Below are positions 46,745 to 56,575 of a stretch of 64,000 nt of DNA, one piece after another. Origin of the DNA: Candidatus Giovannonibacteria bacterium. Lineage in GTDB: Bacteria; Patescibacteriota; Minisyncoccia; JACPKW01; UBA11713. The notes under the pieces are model-generated. The model saw nothing but the letters and a program-made list of their open reading frames with translations. It was not told where the DNA came from and searched no databases. Where the stretch lies: contig JACPKW010000001.1 in NCBI GenBank assembly GCA_016186825.1, positions 13,508 through 77,507 on the forward strand, given 5' to 3'. How positions within the stretch are numbered: position 1 is the stretch's first letter; every line of letters begins with the position of its first letter. Made by a program: the position numbers and the translations under genes.

Positions 46745-47638
46745 TTAATCATTTATCAGCTTGTGAGCCTTTTTTAAAAGCGGTTTAATATCATCATAAG
46801 TTTTCAAATCATCGAATTCTTCGGGCAAAAACCATCTCGCATCATCAAGGCCGCTATGATCTTCGCCTAAATTTAAATCGCTTTCTTTTGTTTCTGCCAA
46901 AAAATATGTGACTTGCCTGCGAATTTTCCCTTTGGCTGGATCAGATGCAATATATTCGTTTTTTCCGAGTTCTTCTGTCAACACTAAATCTTTCAAGCCA
47001 AGTTCTTCTGCAAGCTCTCTTTTTGCGCCTGCCGATGAATCTTCCTCACCTTCCAAGTGGCCCTTTGAGAGCGTCCAATATCCAAAAACATCGTGGACAA
47101 GCGCAAAAAATATTTTTTTTCCATCGCGCCTGAAAACGACTCCGCCTCCCAATTTTTCAATAGGAAGATCAGCAAGGTCTTTGATAATTTTCTTTTTTGA
47201 AGTTTCATCTTTGCCGGGCTCCCCGATCTCCCGATAAACAGTGCCTAAAACTCCGTTTATGAATTTGCCCGACGAATCAGACCCGAAAGTTTTCGCGATT
47301 TCGATTGCTTCGTTGATCGCAACTTTAGGCGGAACCTCTTCGCGATTGCCAAAAAGAAGCTCGTAAAGGCCGAGACGCAAAACATTACGGTCCACCATCG
47401 CAACCTGTTCTAAGGGCCATTCCGGAGCGGCTTTCTCAATAATCGAGTCTATTTTGTCTCGATTTGCAAGAACGCCGTTCACTAATTCTCGGGCGAATTT
47501 GGGATCATCCATTCCGGGCGCGAATTCTTCTAACATCCCATTTAAAATTTTTTCCACCTGTTCATTTTTCTGCCCGTGAAAATCCCACTCAAAAAGAGTT
47601 TGCATCGCGATACTGCGGGAAAGATGTCTATTTGCCAT
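46745..47638 (-). CDS. nusB: NusB fused to a C-terminal Nudix hydrolase
   Basis: VAINEAIEIAK.FG..S.KFINGVLG then GHLEGEE..AKRELAEELG Nudix box. Confidence 0.92.
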   Translation of the reverse strand: MANRHLSRSIAMQTLFEWDFHGQKNEQVEKILNGMLEEFAPGMDDPKFARELVNGVLANRDKIDSIIEKAAPEWPLEQVAMVDRNVLRLGLYELLFGNREEVPPKVAINEAIEIAKTFGSDSSGKFINGVLGTVYREIGEPGKDETSKKKIIKDLADLPIEKLGGGVVFRRDGKKIFFALVHDVFGYWTLSKGHLEGEEDSSAGAKRELAEELGLKDLVLTEELGKNEYIASDPAKGKIRRQVTYFLAETKESDLNLGEDHSGLDDARWFLPEEFDDLKTYDDIKPLLKKAHKLIND

Positions 47639-47722
47639 ATTTTATTTTGGAGAACCTAAGGAGCCGGTAAAAGAACAATTTTAATTATTTCAAATTATGG
47701 ACTTATTTTTACCTTTATAAAT

Positions 47723-47995
47723 TTATTTCCTTGAAAGTTCTTCGAGGCTGCCCGAACCCTGCTCCTCCTTTGCCCCCTCTAGTTCTTTCTCTTTTTTCTT
47801 TCGCTCTTTTTTATCTAATTTTTTAAGGACATCAATTACCTGTCTGTCGTTATACCAGCCGCAATTCGCACATATTACATGCGGAAGTTTTTCAAAACCG
47901 CAATGGTTGCACTTCGAAAGCCGCCCCACTTTTAAAGCGTGGTGCGATCTCCGGTTATTTCTATGCGATTTTGTATGCCTCATTCGAACTGTCAT
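47723..47995 (-). CDS. rpmF: 50S ribosomal protein L32
   Basis: RRSHHAL, CNHCG..PHVICANCG. Confidence 0.93.
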   Translation of the reverse strand: MTVRMRHTKSHRNNRRSHHALKVGRLSKCNHCGFEKLPHVICANCGWYNDRQVIDVLKKLDKKERKKKEKELEGAKEEQGSGSLEELSRK

Positions 47996-48094
47996 AAGAA
48001 ATAGCTTAGCAATTCATCGTTTACTTTTCAAGACGTAAAAGAGGGCGAACATATTTCCCGGCCTCTTTTTGGCGTTATTGATTGCTACTGCCAC

Positions 48095-48502
48095 TCATGA
48101 GACCTTGATTTTGGCCTCGGTTGAATCAGCAGAAGCTTCCGCCGCTTTGATACTCCATTTTTTTACCGCATCCTTGATGGAGCTTCGCAAAATATAGAAC
48201 TTCTCTTCAAGCGGGGCTTCTCCAAAACGCGTTAGCAGCTTTTCGGCGAATTCTTTGCCCCACTCCCCAAAAAGAATATCAACCACCCGTCCGCAACATT
48301 CCACCACCCCCTGGTGTCCTAAAAAACCAAAGGTGTGATAACTCAAGTCCGAATCATCACGTTTTGGGTGTTTCGTGCCACAGAGTCCGCACTGGATAGC
48401 GGTATGTGTGCCGTGCATACAATTACCCAGAGTAAATATTTCCGATGGACCTACTGGTTTTTTAAATACGTATCCTCTCCCCTTTCTTTGCTTTTTCTTC
48501 AT
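48095..48502 (-). CDS. Hypothetical Cys-containing protein
   Basis: GGAGG SD; CGLC, ECCG. Confidence 0.55.
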   Translation of the reverse strand: MKKKQRKGRGYVFKKPVGPSEIFTLGNCMHGTHTAIQCGLCGTKHPKRDDSDLSYHTFGFLGHQGVVECCGRVVDILFGEWGKEFAEKLLTRFGEAPLEEKFYILRSSIKDAVKKWSIKAAEASADSTEAKIKVS

Positions 48503-48607
48503 AAATACCTCCCCGTTTTTGACCGACTTTGAACAACCGTAGAATAAAAAACTTCCAGGCCAATTATCGTACAGCCTATACTTTTTTACAAGCTCCGCTC
48601 AAAACTT

Positions 48608-49279
48608 TCATATGTTGAACATTCGATGTTCAACATTGAGCCTTTCTTCCAGTTTTCGTATGCTTGTCTTTTCAAGCAAATCTCTATACTCGGAGCGGGT
48701 TTCAAATTGATCTAAGATTAAGCTCGGATTTAAAAAATTTGCCCATCGACTTTCATAAACATAATCTTGATAGCTAGACCAAGGATATTGTAATTCTTTT
48801 TTCTTCCACCGTTTTAATTCTCCAGGGTTTAAGTGGATATACGCAGTTAGGTAATGCAAATATTTATCAGTATCTATATGCGCGGATTGAAATTTGCTTC
48901 CAAAAAGATGGCCGGAGCGATTATATCTGGTGTTGAAATATTTCGTATATGCATTTAGCAGACGCTGCATATATTTAGAAATCCCTCCTTCTTTTTCGCT
49001 ACCTACAATCAAGTGGAAGTGATTCGCCATCAAACAAAAACCTACTAGTTCAATATATCTTGACTTTTCAATCTGTCCAAAAATCAAATTGTTGAACATT
49101 CGATGTTCAACCAATGGCACGATGCGCCCAAAAGGATTCAAAACTGCATCACCTTGGAGCGCAAAGAGAAGCGAAAGAAAACGCCAGCGATCTTTATCAT
49201 CAAGAAAGATATTGCGTTTCTCAACCCCTCGGTTGAAAACATGGTAATACTCTCCACCCGCTAATTTTGCCCGAGACAT
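48608..49279 (-). CDS. REP-associated tyrosine transposase (RAYT, Y1 HUH)
   Basis: YHVFNRG, MANHFHL, YIHLNP, YPWSSY; start likely MSRAK at 49279. Confidence 0.92.
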   Translation of the reverse strand: MSRAKLAGGEYYHVFNRGVEKRNIFLDDKDRWRFLSLLFALQGDAVLNPFGRIVPLVEHRMFNNLIFGQIEKSRYIELVGFCLMANHFHLIVGSEKEGGISKYMQRLLNAYTKYFNTRYNRSGHLFGSKFQSAHIDTDKYLHYLTAYIHLNPGELKRWKKKELQYPWSSYQDYVYESRWANFLNPSLILDQFETRSEYRDLLEKTSIRKLEERLNVEHRMFNI

Positions 49280-49317
49280 AATCCTCATTATAAATGTTGA
49301 ACATCCAATGTTCAACA
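48612..49317. repeat. Three REP palindromes GTTGAACAT-N3-ATGTTCAAC (48612-48636, 49091-49111, 49295-49317)
   Basis: Directly visible; two are translated as VEHRMFN. Confidence 0.92.
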
Positions 49318-49331
49318 GTTAGTTCAGGAGG

Positions 49332-49928
49332 TTAGATTAGTTTCGTGCAAAAACTGACGCGGTGAATTTCGGAGAGACCGTTTTTTAAAACCAATTCGCG
49401 GTGGAGTTTCGTCCCATAACCTTTATGCTGGTCAAAATTATAAAGAGGGAATTTTTTTGCGAGGCGCATCATTTTACGATCACGCGTTACTTTTGCAACT
49501 ATGGAAGCCGCAGAAATGACTGAAATCTTTTCATCGCCTTTTATAATCGTTTCCTGCTGATATTCGGAAGGCGCATGAAGAGAACCGTCGAGCAGCAGTT
49601 TAATAGTTGAGTAGTTAAATAGTTTATTTGTTACAAATAACTTTTTGAGACAGCGCTTTATCGCGAGCCTTGTAGCGTATGTAATTCCCTTTTTATCAAT
49701 CACTGCGTTGCTTACGCATGAGACGGAATATCTAAAATTATGATTTTTTTTGATTTTCGAAAACCAGACGTCGCGTTTTTTTGCAGACAGTTTTTTTGAG
49801 TCTCTAATGCCATCAAAAAAATTCGATTTATTAAATTTTGAACCCACTGGCTGAACTAACGCCGCGACCGTAACCGGCCCCGCCAATGGCCCTCTCCCCG
49901 CTTCGTCAATTCCAACAATAAATCTCAT
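49332..49928 (-). CDS. rnhB: Ribonuclease HII
   Basis: GIDEAGRGPLAGPV, DSKKL, KGD..AASIVAKV. Confidence 0.96.
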   Translation of the reverse strand: MRFIVGIDEAGRGPLAGPVTVAALVQPVGSKFNKSNFFDGIRDSKKLSAKKRDVWFSKIKKNHNFRYSVSCVSNAVIDKKGITYATRLAIKRCLKKLFVTNKLFNYSTIKLLLDGSLHAPSEYQQETIIKGDEKISVISAASIVAKVTRDRKMMRLAKKFPLYNFDQHKGYGTKLHRELVLKNGLSEIHRVSFCTKLI

Positions 49929-50032
49929 GATCTAAGGATAACTTCTTCTTTTACAAAATAAAGGGTAAACTCACTCACAATTAATGTATTGTCAACATAA
50001 CTTATTTTCATAAATTCATTTACAATGTTTGC

Positions 50033-53000
50033 ATGAGCTTCGTGCATCTCCATACCCACAGTCACTATTCCCTGCTCGACGGCTTGGTTAAAATCCCGGA
50101 ACTTGTCAAAGAAGCCGCGAAAATGGGTATGCCCGCGCTTGCGCTGACCGATCACGGAAATCTATACGGGGCCATCGAATTTTATAAAAAAGCCCGCAGC
50201 GCAGGAGTCAAGCCGATTATTGGGCTCGAAGCTTATGTTGCCCTCCGCACAATCCTTGACAAAGAACCTGGAATTGATGATAAGCGTTTTCATCTGATCC
50301 TGCTCGCGGAAAATGACGAGGGATACCACAATTTGATCAAACTCGTAACAATTTCAAACCTTGAAGGTTTTTATTACAAGCCCAGGATTGACAAGGAGCT
50401 TTTACGAAAATATTCCAAGGGTCTGATCTCGCTCTCCGCCTGCCTTGGCGGAGAAATTTCTCGCGCCCTTTTCAGAAGCGACTGGGAAAGCGCGGAAAAA
50501 ATTGTCTCTGAATACAAGGATATTTTTGGCGCGAATAATTTCTATATCGAAATTTCACATCATCCGAATATTCCGAATCATGCAGAAATTCAATCCAAGC
50601 TCCGTGAGCTTGCAAAAAAAACTGGCACACCTCTGGTCGCAACGCAGGACGTTCATTATTTGAAGTCGGAAGATGCTGGAGCACAGGATGTTCTTTTGGC
50701 TGTTCAGACAAACTCAAAACTTGACGATGAAGACCGGCTCACAATGAAAACTGACGATTTTTCTCTAAGGAGTCCCGAAGAAATGAGCAAACTTTTCGCG
50801 GATATTCCTGAAGCAGTCCAAAACACCCTGAAAATCGCCGAACGCTGCAATATTACAATCGAGCTCGGCATTCTCAAATTGCCGGTCTTCGCAGTTCCAG
50901 AAAACGAAACTCCGGAAAGTTTTTTGGAAAAACTCTGCTGGGAAAGAATAAGCAAACGTTATAAAAACTCAACCGATGAGATAAACAAACGCCTCGCCTA
51001 TGAACTCGATGTGATTAAAAAAACAGGCTTCGCATCTTACTTTTTGATCGTGCAGGATTTCGTAAACTGGGCAAAGGACAATGGGATTATCGTTGGCCCC
51101 GGTCGGGGCTCCGCAGCAGGCTCCATCATTTCCTACATTCTTGGAATTACAAATATAGACCCGATTCACTACAATTTAATTTTCGAGCGCTTCATGAACC
51201 CTGACCGAATTTCCCCGCCGGACATCGATCTCGATTTTCCGGACACCGGAAGAGACCGTGTGCTCCAATATGTTGAAAATAAATACGGGCGCGACAAAGT
51301 TGCGCAAATTATCACTTTCGGAACAATGGCCGCGCGTGCCGCGATTCGAGACGCGGGACGCGCGCTCGGAGTCTCTTACGGATTTTGCGACCAGCTTGCA
51401 AAGCTAATTCCTTTCAATCCCACACAAGGAATGAAGGAGGGATGGCTCGATCATTGTCTGAAAGAAATCGAGGAGTTGAAAATTTTTTATGAAAAAGACC
51501 CCGAGGCAAAAAGGGTAATTGACGCGGCATTAAAGTTGGAAGGCGTTGCGCGACATGCATCGGTGCACGCCTGCGGCGTTGTAATCACAAATGACCCGCT
51601 CGAAAATATAGTCCCGCTACAATATGCAACACCGCAAGGAGAGTCAAATGCTCCAAACAACGTAGTAGTGACTCAATATGAAATGCACGCAATTGAGGAT
51701 TTAGGGCTTTTAAAAATGGACTTTCTTGGGCTAAAAAACTTGAGCATCATTGAGGCCGCTACGAACCTAATTAAAGAGAGGCATAATCTCAAACTGGATT
51801 TGGATTCGTTGACCCTCGATGATCCAGCTGTATTTAAAACTCTGGCAGAAGGAAAAACAGTGGGAGTGTTCCAGCTTGAAGGACATGGCATGACGCGTTA
51901 TTTAAAAGAACTCGGCCCAACCAACATTGAGGATATTATCGCGATGATCTCGCTTTATCGCCCGGGACCAATGGAACTTATTCCGTCTTATATCAAGAGA
52001 AAACGCGGAATAGAGCAGGTAATTTATCTTCACCCAAAACTCGAACCAATTTTAAAAAATACCTTTGGAATTGCAGTTTACCAGGAGCAAATGATGCAGA
52101 TCGCACGCGACCTCGCAGGCTTTACTTTGGCTGAAGCGGACACGCTTCGAAAGGCTATCGGCAAGAAAATTAAAAGCTTACTCGCCGAACAGAAGAAAAA
52201 ATTTGTTGAGCGCATGATCCAAAACAAAATTGAAAAATCAGTCGCAAGAAAACTTGGCGACCTTCTTGAACCATTTGCCCGTTATGGCTTTAACCGCTCA
52301 CATGCCGCTTCGTACGCAGTCGTAGCTTACCAAACGGCATATTTGAAAACATACTATCCAATAGAATTTATGACCGCGCTCATGAATGCTGACGAAAAAG
52401 ATATAGAGCGGATCGGTTTTCTAATCAAAGAAACGAAAGAGATCGGGATTGAAGTATTGCCGCCAAATCTAAACTCGTCTTACGACGGCTTTGCTCCCGA
52501 AATATTTTTTGATAACAGCAAAGAAGCGCAGGCGATCCGCTTCGGGCTTCAGGCGATAAAAAACGTCGGATCGAATGCAGTCAAGGCGATCATCGCAGAG
52601 CGCTCTGAAAATGGAATCTTTTCGACCCTTCCGGATTTTCTTGAAAGAATCCCCGCCGAAGATATGAACAAAAAAACGCTTGAGGCGCTTGCGAAATCCG
52701 GCGCACTTGACGCTCTCGGCGAAAGAAATCAGATTCTCGAAAATATGGACACTCTTCTTTCATTTCACCGCGAAGCAAGCGATGCAAAAAATAAAAATCA
52801 AGACTCACTTTTTGGTTCGAGCGATAAAATTTATGCCCCTACGCTCCGCTTGAAAGAGGCCATGCCGGCAAGGCAGGAAGAAAAGCTGCGCTGGGAAAAG
52901 GAACTCCTCGGGCTTTTTGTTTCGGGCCACCCCTTGGAAAAATACCGCGAGGCGCTCGACCGTCATAAGATGAACATCAAAGTCGCAAAATCTTTTAAAG

Positions 53001-53269
53001 AAGGAACGCCCGTCATGCTCGCCGGAATCATCGAGGAATTCAAAAAAGTTTTAACCAAGCAAAATCAGCCAATGCTTTTCTTGAAAATCGCCGATTTTAC
53101 CGATAACATAGAGACAGTCGTTTTTCCTCGCCTGCTCGCCGCAAAAAGCGCGGTTTTCAAGCCCGACGGGTGCATTGCAATCAAAGGCAAAATTTCAATC
53201 AGAAACGGCACTCCGTCTATAATTTGCGAGGAAGCAAAACTATTGGGAGAAACAAACCTGCCCCGTTAG
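50033..53269 (+). CDS. dnaE: DNA polymerase III alpha subunit
   Basis: HLHTHSHYSLLDG, GRGSAAGS, PDIDLDF; no intein evident. Confidence 0.98.
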   Translation: MSFVHLHTHSHYSLLDGLVKIPELVKEAAKMGMPALALTDHGNLYGAIEFYKKARSAGVKPIIGLEAYVALRTILDKEPGIDDKRFHLILLAENDEGYHNLIKLVTISNLEGFYYKPRIDKELLRKYSKGLISLSACLGGEISRALFRSDWESAEKIVSEYKDIFGANNFYIEISHHPNIPNHAEIQSKLRELAKKTGTPLVATQDVHYLKSEDAGAQDVLLAVQTNSKLDDEDRLTMKTDDFSLRSPEEMSKLFADIPEAVQNTLKIAERCNITIELGILKLPVFAVPENETPESFLEKLCWERISKRYKNSTDEINKRLAYELDVIKKTGFASYFLIVQDFVNWAKDNGIIVGPGRGSAAGSIISYILGITNIDPIHYNLIFERFMNPDRISPPDIDLDFPDTGRDRVLQYVENKYGRDKVAQIITFGTMAARAAIRDAGRALGVSYGFCDQLAKLIPFNPTQGMKEGWLDHCLKEIEELKIFYEKDPEAKRVIDAALKLEGVARHASVHACGVVITNDPLENIVPLQYATPQGESNAPNNVVVTQYEMHAIEDLGLLKMDFLGLKNLSIIEAATNLIKERHNLKLDLDSLTLDDPAVFKTLAEGKTVGVFQLEGHGMTRYLKELGPTNIEDIIAMISLYRPGPMELIPSYIKRKRGIEQVIYLHPKLEPILKNTFGIAVYQEQMMQIARDLAGFTLAEADTLRKAIGKKIKSLLAEQKKKFVERMIQNKIEKSVARKLGDLLEPFARYGFNRSHAASYAVVAYQTAYLKTYYPIEFMTALMNADEKDIERIGFLIKETKEIGIEVLPPNLNSSYDGFAPEIFFDNSKEAQAIRFGLQAIKNVGSNAVKAIIAERSENGIFSTLPDFLERIPAEDMNKKTLEALAKSGALDALGERNQILENMDTLLSFHREASDAKNKNQDSLFGSSDKIYAPTLRLKEAMPARQEEKLRWEKELLGLFVSGHPLEKYREALDRHKMNIKVAKSFKEGTPVMLAGIIEEFKKVLTKQNQPMLFLKIADFTDNIETVVFPRLLAAKSAVFKPDGCIAIKGKISIRNGTPSIICEEAKLLGETNLPR

Positions 53270-53335
53270 AATTTTATATCTCTGATTGGGGCGAATATTT
53301 TTATTCCCAAGTCTAAAAATAAATAATGAATAGTC

Positions 53336-55111
53336 ATGAAAAATTCTAATGGGGTGCTAAAGCAGAAGAAATCGCACGAATTACTTAATCCTCAAAAAAA
53401 ATTAGGCAATACCCGCCATTCGCTCGCCCATTTGCTTGCGGCTGCGGTCTTAAAAAAATTCCCAAACGCGAAACTTGGAATTGGACCCGCGATCGAGACG
53501 GGTTTTTATTATGATTTCTTACTTCCGCGGCAACTAACTTCGGGAGATCTGAAGGATTTCGAAGAAACAATGCGGACGATGATTTTAGAATGTCTCCGCT
53601 TCACTGGGAAAAAAGTTACGCCGGTTTTGGCAAAAAAACTCTTTAAGGATCAGAAATTCAAGCTTGAGCTTATTTCGGACTTCACGAAAGAAAAAAAACC
53701 GCTCACGGTTTACAGCACTGGGAATATATTTATGGATCTCTGCCGCGGAGGGCATGTTAAAAATACTTCTGAAATAAATCCTGACGCTTTCAGGCTTACG
53801 CACATTGCTGGCGCCTATTGGAAAGGTAATGAAAAAAATCCGCAGTTGACTAGAATTTATGGTGTTGCCTTCGATTCCAAAAAAGAGCTCGAAGACTATT
53901 TAATGAAGCAGGAGGAAGCCAAAAAACGAGATCACAGAAGGCTGGGAAAAGATCTTTCGCTTTTTGCAATCGCAGATGAAATCGGCCCCGGACTTCCGCT
54001 CTTTTATCCCAAAGGAGCGATCTTAAGGCGCACTGTTGAAAATTTCATTCAAGATCTACAGGAAAAAAATGGCTACGAACCTATTTGGATTCCGCATATA
54101 ACTAAAGGCGAGCTATATAAAATTTCTGGGCACCTTGATAAATACGATGCGATGTATCCCCCGATGAAATTGAAGGGCGAGGCGGAATATTATCTAAAAC
54201 CGATGAACTGCCCGCATTTCATGATGCTCTATAGAACACGCGCTCATTCCTACCGCGAGCTTCCGATTCGCTGGACCGCCACAACAACTGTTTACCGGCT
54301 TGAGAAATCCGGCGAGCTTTCGGGCCTGACGCGCGTTCGCTCGCTTACGCAAGACGACTGCCATGTTTTTGCAAAAGCGGACCAAATCGAGAATGAAATA
54401 AATCTAATGCTCGACATGCTTGAGAAAGTTTACGGCGCTTTTGGTTTTAATGACTTTCGAGTTCACATCTCCACTCACGACCCTAAAGATATCAAAAAAT
54501 ATATCGGCGAGCGCAAGATCTGGAAACAATCAGAAAAAATTCTCGAAAATTTGATCCAAAAAAGAAGCTGGAGTTTTGAAATTGTTCCCGGCGAAGCGGC
54601 GTTTTACGGGCCAAAGCTCGACTTTATTTTTAAGGATGTTTTAGGTCGGGAATGGCAGCTTTCGACGATCCAACTCGACATGAATCTTCCGAAACGATTT
54701 GAGCTTGAGTATACTGACGAAAACGGAAAAAGAAAAGAACCGATCGTCATTCATCGCGCAATTTTGGGATCAACAGAGAGATTTCTCGGAATTATTGTCG
54801 AGCATTTTGCAGGTGCATTTCCTTTTTGGTTGGCGCCAGTTCAGGTTTCAATTTTAACTATAAATGAAAAAACTTTTCCGTTTGCAAAAGGGATAGAGCG
54901 AGAGCTTCGAAAAAGTGAAATTAGAGTTGAAATAGACTCAAGAAACGAAACCATCGGCAAAAAAATTCGCGAAGCAGAAATGCAAAAAGTCCCGTTCATC
55001 TTGATAATAGGCGATAAGGAAGTTGCCGCAAATAAAGTTGCCGTGCGCGAAAGAGGCAAAGGCGACCTCGGTCAAAAAACACTCGAAGAATTTCTAAAAA
55101 TTGCGAAATAA
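53336..55111 (+). CDS. thrS: Threonine--tRNA ligase (no TGS domain)
   Basis: RHSLAH, DLCRGGH, KPMNCP, HRAILGS. Confidence 0.96.
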   Translation: MKNSNGVLKQKKSHELLNPQKKLGNTRHSLAHLLAAAVLKKFPNAKLGIGPAIETGFYYDFLLPRQLTSGDLKDFEETMRTMILECLRFTGKKVTPVLAKKLFKDQKFKLELISDFTKEKKPLTVYSTGNIFMDLCRGGHVKNTSEINPDAFRLTHIAGAYWKGNEKNPQLTRIYGVAFDSKKELEDYLMKQEEAKKRDHRRLGKDLSLFAIADEIGPGLPLFYPKGAILRRTVENFIQDLQEKNGYEPIWIPHITKGELYKISGHLDKYDAMYPPMKLKGEAEYYLKPMNCPHFMMLYRTRAHSYRELPIRWTATTTVYRLEKSGELSGLTRVRSLTQDDCHVFAKADQIENEINLMLDMLEKVYGAFGFNDFRVHISTHDPKDIKKYIGERKIWKQSEKILENLIQKRSWSFEIVPGEAAFYGPKLDFIFKDVLGREWQLSTIQLDMNLPKRFELEYTDENGKRKEPIVIHRAILGSTERFLGIIVEHFAGAFPFWLAPVQVSILTINEKTFPFAKGIERELRKSEIRVEIDSRNETIGKKIREAEMQKVPFILIIGDKEVAANKVAVRERGKGDLGQKTLEEFLKIAK

Positions 55112-56021
55112 TAAGGCCGCCCACGGGAAAAAAGGCAAACTGATCGTCATTCTCGGCCCAACCGCCTCGGGAAAATCTGAATTTGCAGTCAAACTTGCCA
55201 AAAAATTGAAAGGCGAGATTATTTCGGCCGATTCAAGACAAGTTTATAAAGGGCTAGATATCGGAACTGCCAAAGTTAAGGGTGAGTGGGTAGGCGGAAG
55301 ATTTATTTTCAAAGGTATCCCTCATTATTGCATTGACTTTGTATCGCCAAAGAAAGTTTTCAGTGTTCGCGACTTCATAAAATTCGCAGAGGAAGCAATC
55401 ACTTCGATATATCGAAGTGGAAAAATTCCATTTGTTGTCGGCGGAACTGCTTTTTATATCAGTGCTTTTGTGGATGGCATAATCTTGCCAGAAGTTCCAC
55501 CTAACGTAAAACTGCGAAAGAAATTATCAAACTATTCAACTAATCAACTATTTAACTATTTGACAAAATTAGATCCTGAACGCGCCAAAACAATTGACCA
55601 AAAAAATAAACGCCGCTTAATCCGCGCGCTTGAAATTGTGGCAGCCATCGAGAAAGTCCCCCCTCTATCGACATCGGATGTCGATAGGAGGAAAAAATAT
55701 ACCAGTAATTTTATCGGATTAAAAACGGCGCCAGAAAAATTAAAAAAAAGAATCAAAAAACGCACTCGAGATATGATTAGACGCGGACTGACCCGAGAAG
55801 TTTCGAGCTTACATCGTTCCGGTTTGAGTTGGAAGCGCATTTATGAGTTCGGATTTGAATATAAATACCCCGCGCTCTACTTGCAAAAGAAAATTTCAAA
55901 AACAGAAATGATTTCATCAATAAATAAAGAATCAATTGACTACACGCGCCGCCAAATGCTCTGGTGGAAGAATGATAAACGAATTCACTGGATAAGCACG
56001 GCGCCAGTTTCTCGAAACTAG
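55101..56021 (+). CDS. miaA: tRNA dimethylallyltransferase
   Basis: GPTASGKS, SADSRQVY, VGGT. Confidence 0.95.
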   Translation: MRNNKAAHGKKGKLIVILGPTASGKSEFAVKLAKKLKGEIISADSRQVYKGLDIGTAKVKGEWVGGRFIFKGIPHYCIDFVSPKKVFSVRDFIKFAEEAITSIYRSGKIPFVVGGTAFYISAFVDGIILPEVPPNVKLRKKLSNYSTNQLFNYLTKLDPERAKTIDQKNKRRLIRALEIVAAIEKVPPLSTSDVDRRKKYTSNFIGLKTAPEKLKKRIKKRTRDMIRRGLTREVSSLHRSGLSWKRIYEFGFEYKYPALYLQKKISKTEMISSINKESIDYTRRQMLWWKNDKRIHWISTAPVSRN

Positions 56022-56164
56022 CTAATTGAGTATAATAATGGCTGCAGTTAACGCGAGCAGCTCCAAACTGGGGAGGATAATTTTACATACGTGATTCGAA
56101 TCCTCGCATTTTTATATTTAAAAAAAGAGAGCTCTCCGGAGAGAGCCCCCTTAGTTTCCGGCTT

Positions 56165-56524
56165 TCAAGTCTCGCCAAACCTCTTGACCGCAACATTGCT
56201 CGGAAGTTGCGTGATGGAAATGTCATCTCGTTCTTTTACGATCTCAAAAAAACCTGAAAGCGGGGAATCGGACTCGACTGCGTATATTGCGCCTTGGCCA
56301 CCATTTGCGAAAGCAAGACGCCGCCCCCGCCACACGCAAGAAACAATCACCTCGTAAATTCCGAGCGGCAAATGGCTGACGCCAGTTAAACTTGAAACTG
56401 CAAACTTTTTCCTCCAAAATTTGTCTTTCAGGAACCAAGCTGTTCCAGTGCATGCCACACCCACAGTAAATCCGATCAATAAATCCAGCCAATTCCAAAT
56501 AGACATAAAAAAAGCAGCATCCAT
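56165..56524 (-). CDS. Hypothetical membrane-anchored protein
   Basis: AAGGAGG SD, N-terminal TM. Confidence 0.5.
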   Translation of the reverse strand: MDAAFFMSIWNWLDLLIGFTVGVACTGTAWFLKDKFWRKKFAVSSLTGVSHLPLGIYEVIVSCVWRGRRLAFANGGQGAIYAVESDSPLSGFFEIVKERDDISITQLPSNVAVKRFGET

Positions 56525-56575
56525 TTTTACGCCCTCCTTTTTAAGATATAACGAACAATAATAAGTTTGGTATTC

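Noticed and set aside
50033-53269. Intein in DnaE
   Set aside because: Length is ordinary and no intein splice motifs interrupt the conserved blocks.
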